Virus record (IMG/VR): IMGVR_UViG_3300007754_000852
Source: a virus
Lineage: Duplodnaviria > Caudoviricetes
Length of the DNA stretch: 64,000 bases
Direction: 5' to 3' (one strand)
In this document: piece after piece, positions 49,401-58,334 of the stretch
Layout of the letters: each line of letters starts with the position of its first letter
How positions within the stretch are numbered: position 1 is the stretch's first letter
The notes under the pieces: model-generated
What the model saw: only the letters and a program-made list of their open reading frames with translations
Databases searched by the model: none
Told to the model about the DNA's origin: nothing
Program-made: the position numbers and the translations under genes

Positions 49401-49801
49401 AGCATTATCTCAAAGCCCGTGATGTCTGCAAGCCTTTTTGTAATTGTATCTGGGTCATCAAGATTTTCCTCAAGAACCTTCTCAACCTCTTTTCTTTTTT
49501 TCTTATCAAGCTTTTTATTTTCAAGCTCATATTTTTCCTCTATCTGTTTTATAGCTACCTTTCTTACATTTTCAAGCTCAAGCATTTTTTCAATTTGACT
49601 CTCATATGATGAATTTATCACATTTATTTCATCATTATATAGCTGTCTTGTTTTATCAAGAGCTTCACTTAATGATCTAGTTTTATTTCGAGATACTACA
49701 CTAATAATAGCAAATGAAAGGATTGCTAGCGATAATTCCCAGTGAGACTTCACCCAGACGCTAATTTTTTTTAATACGTGCCTAAGTTTAAAAAATTTCA
49801 T
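49397..49801 (-). CDS. N-terminal TM plus coiled coil (i-spanin-like)
   Basis: Topology and position between holin-like and spanin-like ORFs. Confidence 0.5.
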   Translation of the reverse strand: MKFFKLRHVLKKISVWVKSHWELSLAILSFAIISVVSRNKTRSLSEALDKTRQLYNDEINVINSSYESQIEKMLELENVRKVAIKQIEEKYELENKKLDKKKRKEVEKVLEENLDDPDTITKRLADITGFEIML

Positions 49802-49802
49802 T

Positions 49803-49991
49803 TTAGCTATTGTGTCGGTATGCCTTCATGGCATCAACCGCAGCCTGACTACCGATGTACACTATTGCTATCATGCCCCATGTTTCAGACGTCAATCCAT
49901 CCCACACCATCAGGCCTGTTGCTGATAGAAACACTAACAGCTTTCTAGAGATCATCTTTTCTAGAAGGCTGTCTAAATGACCTTTTATCAT
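49803..49991 (-). CDS. Putative holin
   Basis: 62 aa, two hydrophobic helices, SRKLLV...YIGSQAAVD. Confidence 0.55.
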   Translation of the reverse strand: MIKGHLDSLLEKMISRKLLVFLSATGLMVWDGLTSETWGMIAIVYIGSQAAVDAMKAYRHNS

Positions 49992-49992
49992 A

Positions 49993-50226
49993 TTAGTTCT
50001 CGTTTTCAGTTGTCTCTGTGTTCGCCTCAGCCGTCTCTGCGGCCTCTGCGGCCTGTGTTGTAGTTTCTGTTGTCTCTGTTGCTACCTCGACTGTTTCAAC
50101 ATCATCTGACTCGACAGCCGACGGTTCATATACACATTTACCATATGTAGTTGCAACAACGAGAGCACCACCTACAAGATAAACCTCAACCTTCCACTTT
50201 TTTAATAATTCTTTTAAGCCATTCAT
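49993..50226 (-). CDS. Small membrane protein with Thr/Glu-rich tail
   Basis: One TM plus low-complexity tail; AGGAG SD. Confidence 0.6.
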   Translation of the reverse strand: MNGLKELLKKWKVEVYLVGGALVVATTYGKCVYEPSAVESDDVETVEVATETTETTTQAAEAAETAEANTETTENEN

Positions 50227-50288
50227 GCTTATTCTCCTGTTTGATTAAAAATTATATATAGAAGTAGTGAAAATATAAAATTTCTTAA

Positions 50289-50612
50289 TCAATTAATTAA
50301 ATCATCGTCGACATCTGGTATTGTGAATATGATACTCCCTGTCCCACCCTTTCCAGCAGTCTTCTGATCAAACATAGATATCGTATCAAGAATTTCATTT
50401 TGAACAGCACCAAGCGTCGATATTACATATGACTGCTTTATAATGACAGTTTCAAGATCATAAATCACATCTTCAAGAGATGATATCTTTTTCATTATCT
50501 CATCTCTATTACTAGGCACACTATCTTTGCCATTGCTTGTAGAAAACCTTTTAAAAAGATTATTTAAAAAACATCTTATCTTCTGAAACATTAGCTTAAT
50601 CCTTCTTATCAA
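50289..50612 (-). CDS. Coiled-coil hypothetical protein
   Basis: Tiling ORF. Confidence 0.55.
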   Translation of the reverse strand: MIRRIKLMFQKIRCFLNNLFKRFSTSNGKDSVPSNRDEIMKKISSLEDVIYDLETVIIKQSYVISTLGAVQNEILDTISMFDQKTAGKGGTGSIIFTIPDVDDDLIN

Positions 50613-50934
50613 GAGGATTATCTGCAGCTATTATTTCAAATAATGACTCTGCATCAGTCCTTGATAACTTCTTAATGATTTTATCACGTTTTTTCTGCGA
50701 GAGCTCTTCCATCATTCTCATCATGTCAGGAGACTCAGATGCTATTCTCTGTGATATTTCTTCAAATATCTCTTGCATCGATAATCTATTTTTAAAACAA
50801 GCTATTCTTACGGCACTATGTGTTTCTCGAGTTGTTGTGAAGTGAATTGACTTCTTTGTTTCAAAATCAACATAGTCTTTGCTCACACCGCTCCTCCACC
50901 ACCGCCGCCAAGGCCTCCCGTGCCCCCAGCCCAT
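50596..50934 (-). CDS. Possible ribbon-helix-helix protein (true start likely GTG SKDY)
   Basis: KSIHFTTTRETHSAVRIAC...LSMQEIFEE. Confidence 0.55.
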   Translation of the reverse strand: MGWGHGRPWRRWWRSGVSKDYVDFETKKSIHFTTTRETHSAVRIACFKNRLSMQEIFEEISQRIASESPDMMRMMEELSQKKRDKIIKKLSRTDAESLFEIIAADNPLDKKD

Positions 50935-51482
50935 GCACCTGTAGCAAACGGAGCTACAGGATGATCGGCATCGTCGTCAATGCTGATGTCAAACTGTGTG
51001 TGTAGTATTTCCTTCATCTCACTCACATGATCATTGTCGTAATGATCTGCAAGAAAACTTGATGCTCGATTCACGATCGCTGCCTTTATGTCAAGAAGAA
51101 CCTCATTATTCATTACAAGTCTTGCAACTCTCTTTGTAAAGGCGTCTATGTCAATAGGGGGCTTAGGCGGCTCTAGAGACTCATCACTCTCTTCGCTATC
51201 TGTCTCACTGTCATCATCTACCTCCTCTTCATCATCAGCAGCACCCTCTTCACCCTCTTCAGCATCCTGTTCTAAAAATAGCTTTCTAAGAGATGTTGAC
51301 GACATTGACTCCATCATCATATCATCATCAGATGACATTGAATCCTTTTCAAACTTTATTAAAAATGCATCAATCTGATCATCAACAGAGTCAGCTGATC
51401 TTTTTTCATCACTACTGTCAGGTGACATCATCTCATCCATCTGCTCAAGTATTAGTCTTCTAAGTGTCTTTTTGTCAATCAT
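50883..51482 (-). CDS. Acidic phage protein with 'TLRRLILEQ' motif
   Basis: Motif, acidic linker, Gly-rich tail. Confidence 0.7.
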   Translation of the reverse strand: MIDKKTLRRLILEQMDEMMSPDSSDEKRSADSVDDQIDAFLIKFEKDSMSSDDDMMMESMSSTSLRKLFLEQDAEEGEEGAADDEEEVDDDSETDSEESDESLEPPKPPIDIDAFTKRVARLVMNNEVLLDIKAAIVNRASSFLADHYDNDHVSEMKEILHTQFDISIDDDADHPVAPFATGAWAGGTGGLGGGGGGAV

Positions 51483-51483
51483 G

Positions 51484-52191
51484 TTATGTCCTTAAGGCAT
51501 TCTGAATTTTTTCTGCCCTGTTAACTCTTCCCTCGATCACAGTCCAATTTAATTGTTTCATCATTGCATGAACATATGTTCTTACATCTGTTAAATAGTC
51601 TCGATAGTACGCATGTTGCCACAGGTCTAAGGCTATGATCGGATATGAGCCAACAGGAACTTGTATGCTGTGAAGGTCAACGACGCAGTTCATATATCGC
51701 TGAAGATATGAATTATACACCGTCATAGCCCAGCCACATCTAGATGACATGCAGCATGCTATGAAGTCCTCTTGCCAGGCATCAAAGGTCCCAAAGTCTC
51801 TAGAAAGCCGCATATATGAAAGTGAATCCATTGATATATTGCTATGAAGATCACTTATATTTGAGAAGTATAGCTCATGCAAATAAGCTGCGTTCATATT
51901 GTGAACTTCATCAATCTTTAACGATCTAAACTTAGAATAGTTTGAATCTGCCTCTGATCGATTAACAGCGTCTAGCTCAGCACTTATCCTATTAAATTTT
52001 TCAACATAGCCCTCGTATAGTGCGACATGGCTCTTTTTATTTGCCATGCTTAAAAGCTCTGTAGGAAGATCATGATGCTTTGGCTGTGCAACATATGCCT
52101 CATCTAGAGTCTTGTCGTCTCTAGCATCATTGTCTAGACCAAGTGAATCTCGTATGTTCTTTCTTAGATCATCATTTGTAAAGCTTGACAT
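51484..52191 (-). CDS. Fe/Mn superoxide dismutase family protein
   Basis: SHVALY, YLHELYF, DFGTFDAW, GWA, DLWQHAYY. Confidence 0.9.
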   Translation of the reverse strand: MSSFTNDDLRKNIRDSLGLDNDARDDKTLDEAYVAQPKHHDLPTELLSMANKKSHVALYEGYVEKFNRISAELDAVNRSEADSNYSKFRSLKIDEVHNMNAAYLHELYFSNISDLHSNISMDSLSYMRLSRDFGTFDAWQEDFIACCMSSRCGWAMTVYNSYLQRYMNCVVDLHSIQVPVGSYPIIALDLWQHAYYRDYLTDVRTYVHAMMKQLNWTVIEGRVNRAEKIQNALRT

Positions 52192-52499
52192 TATTTCCTC
52201 TCATAGTCTTTAAACTCTTTCTTTTGTATCTCTATTGTCATACCAGGCCTATTACATATAACTTTTGGATTTGACCTGTCTGATACGTCAACATATACAA
52301 CTGTATAGTCGATTCCTGTTTCTTTATGCTTTATCTTCAGCCCAGGTCTTACAATTAATCTTTTATCGTCACCTTTTCCGACAAAGAGATCTAAGCCTTC
52401 AATCACACGAGGCCTTATTTCATTAACAATATTTTGTATATCATCTTTTGTGTATGTTTCCAACACTTTCTCCGTGTGATGCCTCAATATAAATATCAA
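52191..52499 (-). CDS. Hypothetical protein
   Basis: Tiling ORF. Confidence 0.55.
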   Translation of the reverse strand: MIFILRHHTEKVLETYTKDDIQNIVNEIRPRVIEGLDLFVGKGDDKRLIVRPGLKIKHKETGIDYTVVYVDVSDRSNPKVICNRPGMTIEIQKKEFKDYERK

Positions 52500-52519
52500 G
52501 AATTCTTGGTTATTTAATT

Positions 52520-53749
52520 CTAAAAGTCAAGTCTGACCCTGAGAGACAAGCTCTTCTCATTGTTTTTTTCAACGGGTCTGCTTAGTTTAGCAACTGCAAG
52601 AAGATTATCGTGTGCATCATATAGCCCTACAGATGTAAAAAATGTAAATGATTGCTGCCTGTTCTCCACTCCTCCCTCAAGCACGTTTATTGTGTCGCTT
52701 TCATCTGTATATGTTGGATTCGATGAATAATTAAACTCATCTGATCCCACCCTACAAAAAATCAAGGTCGAATTAATATTTGTTGCATTTTGAAATGTCA
52801 TGGCTGTGTATGTTCCAGAGCTAAATCTACATGTACAGACATGATCAAGAATATCATCAACTGACGCAGACACCATGAGATCTGGAATATATCTCGCCTT
52901 AGGGTTGCCTGATCCCGATGACCCTATTACCATAGTTCCAGCGGGTGGTCCAACAGCCGGACTATTTTCATTTATAGCGCATATTACACCTGAAACATGC
53001 TGTGATCCTGACATTATCTTATTTAGATCTAAAACGGCTATTCCTTTTTTATACCATAGAGACCCTACTATCTTTTTTGTAGGATTGTCTGCATTAGCTA
53101 TATGACCAACCTTTCCACCAAACATCGTTGTCTGTGTGGCTGTTGATCCAACGTCTGTGAAGATGTGAGATCCTGTCTCTGATGTAACGCTTAAATTAAA
53201 TCCAGGATTATGAGGATGATCGACAACTGACGCGGTTGAAAAAAACTTCATCGCAAATGTCTCAGGTTTTATCTCATCTCTGGTAAATTGACGCTTAAAA
53301 CTTATAAACAATGCCTCATCTATCTTATCAGACTCAAGTGTGCCAGTTACAGGTGATCTGAACTGAATATCTGCACTACCAAGAAGAAGCTGAGAATACT
53401 GTCTGTATATGTCTATCTTCTCATTCATCATAACAGACTGCGATGAAAATAAAAATTTCCCATAATAATCTACGCTTGTCACTGCATCTGTTACAGTTGT
53501 GCTTCCGCTATATAGACCAACTGTTATGTCAAAGACAGGATTAGCTGAGTGTAGAGAAAAATTATTATCATAGACTGTCTGAAATAATGATGATGTTATG
53601 CCAGGACCCTGGCCTCCTGTCATAAACGTCTGACGCTTCTTTCTTGATGACGATCCAGATATTCTCTGCTGGGATATATCAACCAACTGATGAAGAAACG
53701 ATCTTCCCGCACGTATATCAGACTGCGGTATTTCCTTAAAGATTGCCAA
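52520..53749 (-). CDS. Putative virion structural (baseplate/tail-collar-like) protein
   Basis: FNYSSNPTY...VGLYDAHDNLLAVAKLSRPVEK...VRLDF C-terminus. Confidence 0.65.
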   Translation of the reverse strand: MAIFKEIPQSDIRAGRSFLHQLVDISQQRISGSSSRKKRQTFMTGGQGPGITSSLFQTVYDNNFSLHSANPVFDITVGLYSGSTTVTDAVTSVDYYGKFLFSSQSVMMNEKIDIYRQYSQLLLGSADIQFRSPVTGTLESDKIDEALFISFKRQFTRDEIKPETFAMKFFSTASVVDHPHNPGFNLSVTSETGSHIFTDVGSTATQTTMFGGKVGHIANADNPTKKIVGSLWYKKGIAVLDLNKIMSGSQHVSGVICAINENSPAVGPPAGTMVIGSSGSGNPKARYIPDLMVSASVDDILDHVCTCRFSSGTYTAMTFQNATNINSTLIFCRVGSDEFNYSSNPTYTDESDTINVLEGGVENRQQSFTFFTSVGLYDAHDNLLAVAKLSRPVEKNNEKSLSLRVRLDF

Positions 53750-53809
53750 CTGGACTCTCCAAACTTCTCACAATGTTTTATTATACCAATATATTAAGTA
53801 TGAGAAATA

Positions 53810-54220
53810 TCAGATAAGTTTTTTAACAATGATATTGCTATCTGTGAGAACGCTTAGCCCACTGGAATCCCTATATTCTTCATCATATATCACCTTTTTT
53901 ATTCCTGCATTAATAAGGGCCTTGCTGCACATTCGACATGGACTTAAGGTGACATACATTATTTTGTCCTTTGGATTGTTATAGTCCATCTTAAGCAGTG
54001 CATTAATTTCTGCATGTAGCATTCCAGACTCACCTGGTGTTAGTGACTCCACCTCATTTGGACCACCTTTGTGATCCCCGTTATATCCTACTGCTAAGAC
54101 CTGCGTGTTATCTGACGTTACAACAATTGCACCGACCTTGTGTCTTGGATCAATCGACCTTCTTGCAATTGAATGTGCAAACTCCATCCAGATCTGATCC
54201 CATTTCGGTCTATGCTCCAT
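53810..54220 (-). CDS. dCMP deaminase
   Basis: RPKWD, KVGAIVV, GYNG, HAEINAL, SPCRMC. Confidence 0.93.
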   Translation of the reverse strand: MEHRPKWDQIWMEFAHSIARRSIDPRHKVGAIVVTSDNTQVLAVGYNGDHKGGPNEVESLTPGESGMLHAEINALLKMDYNNPKDKIMYVTLSPCRMCSKALINAGIKKVIYDEEYRDSSGLSVLTDSNIIVKKLI

Positions 54221-54234
54221 TGTAACCTCCCGAA

Positions 54235-54462
54235 CTAAAAGGGATTCTCCTCACAGTATCGAATTATCTCCATGATGTCATCAACAAAGGAGTCATCTAG
54301 ATCCTTATAAGACTCACCTAGAATGTCTCTGATTGTCTTCCAGATGTGTGCATGGGCATTCCTACCTTTTGGATGCTTCGAGGTCTCTGGCAGCTTACTG
54401 CTTAGGCTTCTTGCTGCTTCTTCGACCCTTTCCTGCACTCTTTTTTGGTTTTTTGGGCTCAT
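54235..54462 (-). CDS. Hypothetical protein
   Basis: HPKGRNAHAHIW; start uncertain. Confidence 0.6.
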   Translation of the reverse strand: MSPKNQKRVQERVEEAARSLSSKLPETSKHPKGRNAHAHIWKTIRDILGESYKDLDDSFVDDIMEIIRYCEENPF

Positions 54463-55447
54463 CCTTTTTCTCTGGCTTCTCTAGCTCATCTAGAAGTGAC
54501 TCAAGACCTTCGACGACGACGTTCTTGTCAGTGTCACCCTTCTTCTCAAGTGACTCCTTTATCTTTTTTATCTCCTCACGGGCACTTGACGTGTCAACCT
54601 TCTCCTCAACAACATCAAAGAGATTGTCAACAATTGTGTTTCCAGTCAGTGTAAATCCTGCTGCCTTCGGATGCCCGCCGCCGCCAAACTCCTTTGCAAC
54701 CTCTGACACATCGACCTTGTCGTGAAATGCCCTAAGGCTCACCCTGATGTTCCTCTTCTCATGGTCGTAATACCATATCACCGCAAAGTCACAGTCATGT
54801 GATAACCTTGCACCGATCTCAGACATCCAGTGCGATGCATTGACGACAAGAACATCATGACCCATGTATTTTCTCGGTTTTGCTTTCTCACACACCTTTC
54901 TAACAACTGACTTAGAATACTCAAGGATGTAACTACCTTTCTTAACTGCTGCGTCAAACACTGAGTCATCTTCAAATTTCTCAAACTCCTCAAAGTCAAA
55001 CGGAACCATGTCAAATGACGCTGAAAATTCTTTTGAGTAAGGTAGTTCCCACTTCCACAGGTCACGATCCTCGATATACCTAAGGAATTTAGGTGGTTCC
55101 TTTCCTGGGTGGAAGAAATTCCATGAGATTATCGTCCCAGAATGTTTCAGGTCAAATATTGTCTCCGTGATATCATGTAGCTCAACAACTGCTGACTTGT
55201 GATGATCAAGAACAATTAATGAATTTGCCTTTTCAATCAGCTCCTTTGTTGTCTCATTGCTAAAACTGAAATCGCAGATCGCGACGTTTTTTCCCTCGAC
55301 GTCTGGCGGAGCATCTCCATGAGCACATGCAACATATGCTGCTCTATTACCAAGCAGCTTCCATGCTGCATATGCACTTCCCTGCCCATCACTACAGTTC
55401 TTATGATAGATCACCAAATCTACGTCATTTGGATTAGGTCTTGCCAT
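54395..55447 (-). CDS. DHH/DHHA1-family phosphoesterase
   Basis: YHKNCSDG, CDFS, LDHH, EDRDLW, SLRA, GGGGHPKAAG. Confidence 0.93.
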   Translation of the reverse strand: MARPNPNDVDLVIYHKNCSDGQGSAYAAWKLLGNRAAYVACAHGDAPPDVEGKNVAICDFSFSNETTKELIEKANSLIVLDHHKSAVVELHDITETIFDLKHSGTIISWNFFHPGKEPPKFLRYIEDRDLWKWELPYSKEFSASFDMVPFDFEEFEKFEDDSVFDAAVKKGSYILEYSKSVVRKVCEKAKPRKYMGHDVLVVNASHWMSEIGARLSHDCDFAVIWYYDHEKRNIRVSLRAFHDKVDVSEVAKEFGGGGHPKAAGFTLTGNTIVDNLFDVVEEKVDTSSAREEIKKIKESLEKKGDTDKNVVVEGLESLLDELEKPEKKDEPKKPKKSAGKGRRSSKKPKQ

Positions 55448-55450
55448 ATA

Positions 55451-56017
55451 TTAGTCCAGATTGTTTACAAAACTATGATATTCCCAACAGCGAGGCTCAT
55501 ATAAATCTGATCCACCAATGGTTATCTCATCAATACAATCACTTTTTCTATGAGTGTAATATGCATCTCTTCCTGTTACTGGACAAACTGCCGGACATAT
55601 CTCGATCTTTGTTGCCCAGGGCATCATGTCTCGAACCTCTTCAAATACCTTTCCTGTCGCAGATAACTGTAGAGATGAAACGACAATCGTCTTTCCCTTT
55701 CTAAAAAGATAAATAAGAGCTCTAGCAACGTCATCGATCATAAATGCCTCATCAACAGCAATAACATTAGCTGAGCCATCTGAGCTCTTGACGTGATTAA
55801 CTATATCGTCTCCGCTCTCAACTATTATAGCCTTCAACATTCCACCATTATGCGTTGTTATATCTCCGCTTGCATACCTATCATCTAACTTTGGCTTAAA
55901 CGATAGAACAGTTTTATTCTGATACCTGAATCTATCAACTGCGCCTAACAGTCTCGTTGTCTTTGATCCAAACATTGGTCCTGTAAATATTATAAACTCA
56001 GGCGATCTCACTTGCAC
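55451..56017 (-). CDS. tdk: Thymidine kinase
   Basis: GPMFGSKTT, KPKLDDRY, VDEAFM, IGGSDLYEPRC. Confidence 0.94.
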   Translation of the reverse strand: MQVRSPEFIIFTGPMFGSKTTRLLGAVDRFRYQNKTVLSFKPKLDDRYASGDITTHNGGMLKAIIVESGDDIVNHVKSSDGSANVIAVDEAFMIDDVARALIYLFRKGKTIVVSSLQLSATGKVFEEVRDMMPWATKIEICPAVCPVTGRDAYYTHRKSDCIDEITIGGSDLYEPRCWEYHSFVNNLD

Positions 56018-56409
56018 GTTCTCCCATAGTCATCATCTAGTCTTGTGAATTGACTTTTCTTATTATTTCCTATTTCAATAATCTCACTATTTTCAATTGC
56101 AGTAATTCTATACGGGCTACATGACTGGACGTGCAACACATCACCTGGAAAAAACTCATCAATCACATACGGCCTTTCATCCTCTTTTGTCAATGTCAAT
56201 TGATCTCCATGCTGTATTAAAACCTTTCCGCTAAGCACATATAACACCTCATCCTTATGATTATTATATTTTAAACTTGTTCTATTTCCTGCTTCAATGG
56301 ATAAAATTTTTCCATGAACTCCTGGTAGTGCACTCCAGACAATCTCATAACCCCATGGCTTTTTAACTTTTTCACTGCGTCCTTTCCACGAGCACTTATT
56401 CATCTTCAT
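56008..56409 (-). CDS. Cupin-fold protein (mannose-6-P isomerase type II C-terminal-like)
   Basis: VKKPWGYE, TSLKYN..KDE..YVLSG; two canonical His replaced (YN, YR). Confidence 0.75.
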   Translation of the reverse strand: MKMNKCSWKGRSEKVKKPWGYEIVWSALPGVHGKILSIEAGNRTSLKYNNHKDEVLYVLSGKVLIQHGDQLTLTKEDERPYVIDEFFPGDVLHVQSCSPYRITAIENSEIIEIGNNKKSQFTRLDDDYGRTCK

Positions 56410-57430
56410 TTACTCCCCACCACCTAAGTGTTCTCTCAAGACCTTCCCAAAATCTCACTTGCACCTCATACCCGAGATCTCGCTGAACCTTAGAGATGTC
56501 TGCCTGTGTATGCATTACATCTCCAGGACGCCACGGAGCGTGTCTAACAACAGCATGACTAAACCTATTAGTAAAAAAGTCAAGAACTTCCTTGTTAGAT
56601 GTCCTATCTCCACACGATACATTATATGCACTTCCTAAAAATGACTTGTTAGATGTTGCTGCTAAGACGTTTGCCTCAACTGCATTGTCAACATAGCACA
56701 TGTCTCTTGACTGACTTCCATCACCGTCACTTCTTAGCGGGAGACCATTTTTAATTGCATTACACCACGCTGATATCGCTGTGGAGTATGGTGAATCTCC
56801 ATACTGTCCTGGCCCGAATACATTAAAGTATCTTAAACACACGATGTCAAGATCATAAAGGTCGCCAAATAGCCTTGCAGCATCCTCTATTGCACTTTTT
56901 TGCCAGGCATATGGTGACTTAGGTGATTTTTGTGTTTCCTCTCCTGTAGGAAGAACTTCTGCGCCGCCATAGACTGACGATGATGATGCCCACACGACAC
57001 GGTCGACGTTATTCACGCATACCTCAAAGAGCCTAATAGTCCCTGCTATATTTACATCAGTTGTCAGCGATGGATTTTCAACTGAATATGATACCCTTGG
57101 AATCGCTGCCTGATGAAATACCACATCATACATTTTTTCTGATATGTTCCTAATGATCTCCTTATGAGAAAAATCTCCCTGTATCACGAGAACTGCCTTA
57201 TCATCTCTATCTGTTACAGCACTGTAAAAATTTTGCAATAAATCTACAGGAACAACTCTCATGGCTACACCTTCAAGCAATTCAAGATGTCCATTTGACA
57301 TATCATCAACTACATCAACCTTCCAGCCATCACTCACAAGACGCTTTGTTAGATTTGATCCAATAAATCCGCAACCTCCGGTCACTAAAGCTCTTTTCAT
57401 CTTTTCTCCATTCTCATTAATTTTACTCAA
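56396..57430 (-). CDS. NDP-sugar epimerase/dehydratase (extended SDR, WbpP/GalE-like)
   Basis: TGGCGFIGS, HQAAIP, ASSSSVYG, YAWQK, LRYFNVFG. Confidence 0.93.
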   Translation of the reverse strand: MSKINENGEKMKRALVTGGCGFIGSNLTKRLVSDGWKVDVVDDMSNGHLELLEGVAMRVVPVDLLQNFYSAVTDRDDKAVLVIQGDFSHKEIIRNISEKMYDVVFHQAAIPRVSYSVENPSLTTDVNIAGTIRLFEVCVNNVDRVVWASSSSVYGGAEVLPTGEETQKSPKSPYAWQKSAIEDAARLFGDLYDLDIVCLRYFNVFGPGQYGDSPYSTAISAWCNAIKNGLPLRSDGDGSQSRDMCYVDNAVEANVLAATSNKSFLGSAYNVSCGDRTSNKEVLDFFTNRFSHAVVRHAPWRPGDVMHTQADISKVQRDLGYEVQVRFWEGLERTLRWWGVNEDE

Positions 57431-58334
57431 TTATGTGCGCAGAGTTTAAATTCATTCTAATTCTCGCAGATGTACAATTTACACCAATTCTTTTCCAACA
57501 TTCCGACGCAAGATAGTAAAGAAACCTTAAGTCGTGTTCAAACAGCCTGACAACATCGCATGATCTTATCACACAATGAAAATCCATTATTTTATTTCTC
57601 TGACTAACTTGAATAAATGATATACAAGAATCATCAGTGTATACAAACCTTCTAGAAAAAATATCTTCCTTTCTCAGATACTCATTTTCTCCTGACATCT
57701 CTGATTCTATCTTTTTAAGAAGTGCTAAGAATATCTTTATGTAGTATTCTGACTCTGGCTCAAATTCTAAACTTTTTGGTGTTGCTTCCCTAAATTCTCC
57801 GTCGTCATGCAGTGTCAGCTGGAGCGGGAAGACCTCACTCCTCTCTGTCTGTCTTACAACCTTAGCTACAATACCTGCAACATCTTTGAGCTGAAATTTT
57901 TCATGTGACGTTAATTCATCTATAACATGATCAGCTATATCATTTATTGGTGAGCTTTCAGATGTTATTCTTACAGCTAACGGATGATCATTTAAACGCT
58001 TAAACTCTTTTTTAAACGACCTATGAACAGACTTTAAAGATCTAGCGTCGTGGATCTCATCTCCTCTCTTTTCAAATCTCTTCTTTATTACCCTAAACGG
58101 CAGATCGATGATAACATACCTGTTATTTAAATTGTACATCTCTCTGTGTAGATGGTCTTCCATATAGTCAATAGACCTACCATACATCTCTGAAAACACC
58201 TTTCTAGATAGCTGTGATCTATCCATGAGGTGCCACCGATACCCAGTTTTTTTATGAATCTCCCGAATCAGAGACGTCTTTCCTGAACAGTCTGGACCCT
58301 CTACAAATATTGTATGTGCTGGAAATGATAACAC
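57423..58334 (-). CDS. dNMP kinase fused to a minimal thymidylate-synthase/dCMP-hydroxymethylase-fold domain
   Basis: N-term EGPDCSGKT, DRS; C-term SRR...SCISFIQ...RSCDVVRLFEHD...SAHI. Confidence 0.8.
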   Translation of the reverse strand: MLSFPAHTIFVEGPDCSGKTSLIREIHKKTGYRWHLMDRSQLSRKVFSEMYGRSIDYMEDHLHREMYNLNNRYVIIDLPFRVIKKRFEKRGDEIHDARSLKSVHRSFKKEFKRLNDHPLAVRITSESSPINDIADHVIDELTSHEKFQLKDVAGIVAKVVRQTERSEVFPLQLTLHDDGEFREATPKSLEFEPESEYYIKIFLALLKKIESEMSGENEYLRKEDIFSRRFVYTDDSCISFIQVSQRNKIMDFHCVIRSCDVVRLFEHDLRFLYYLASECWKRIGVNCTSARIRMNLNSAHIIE

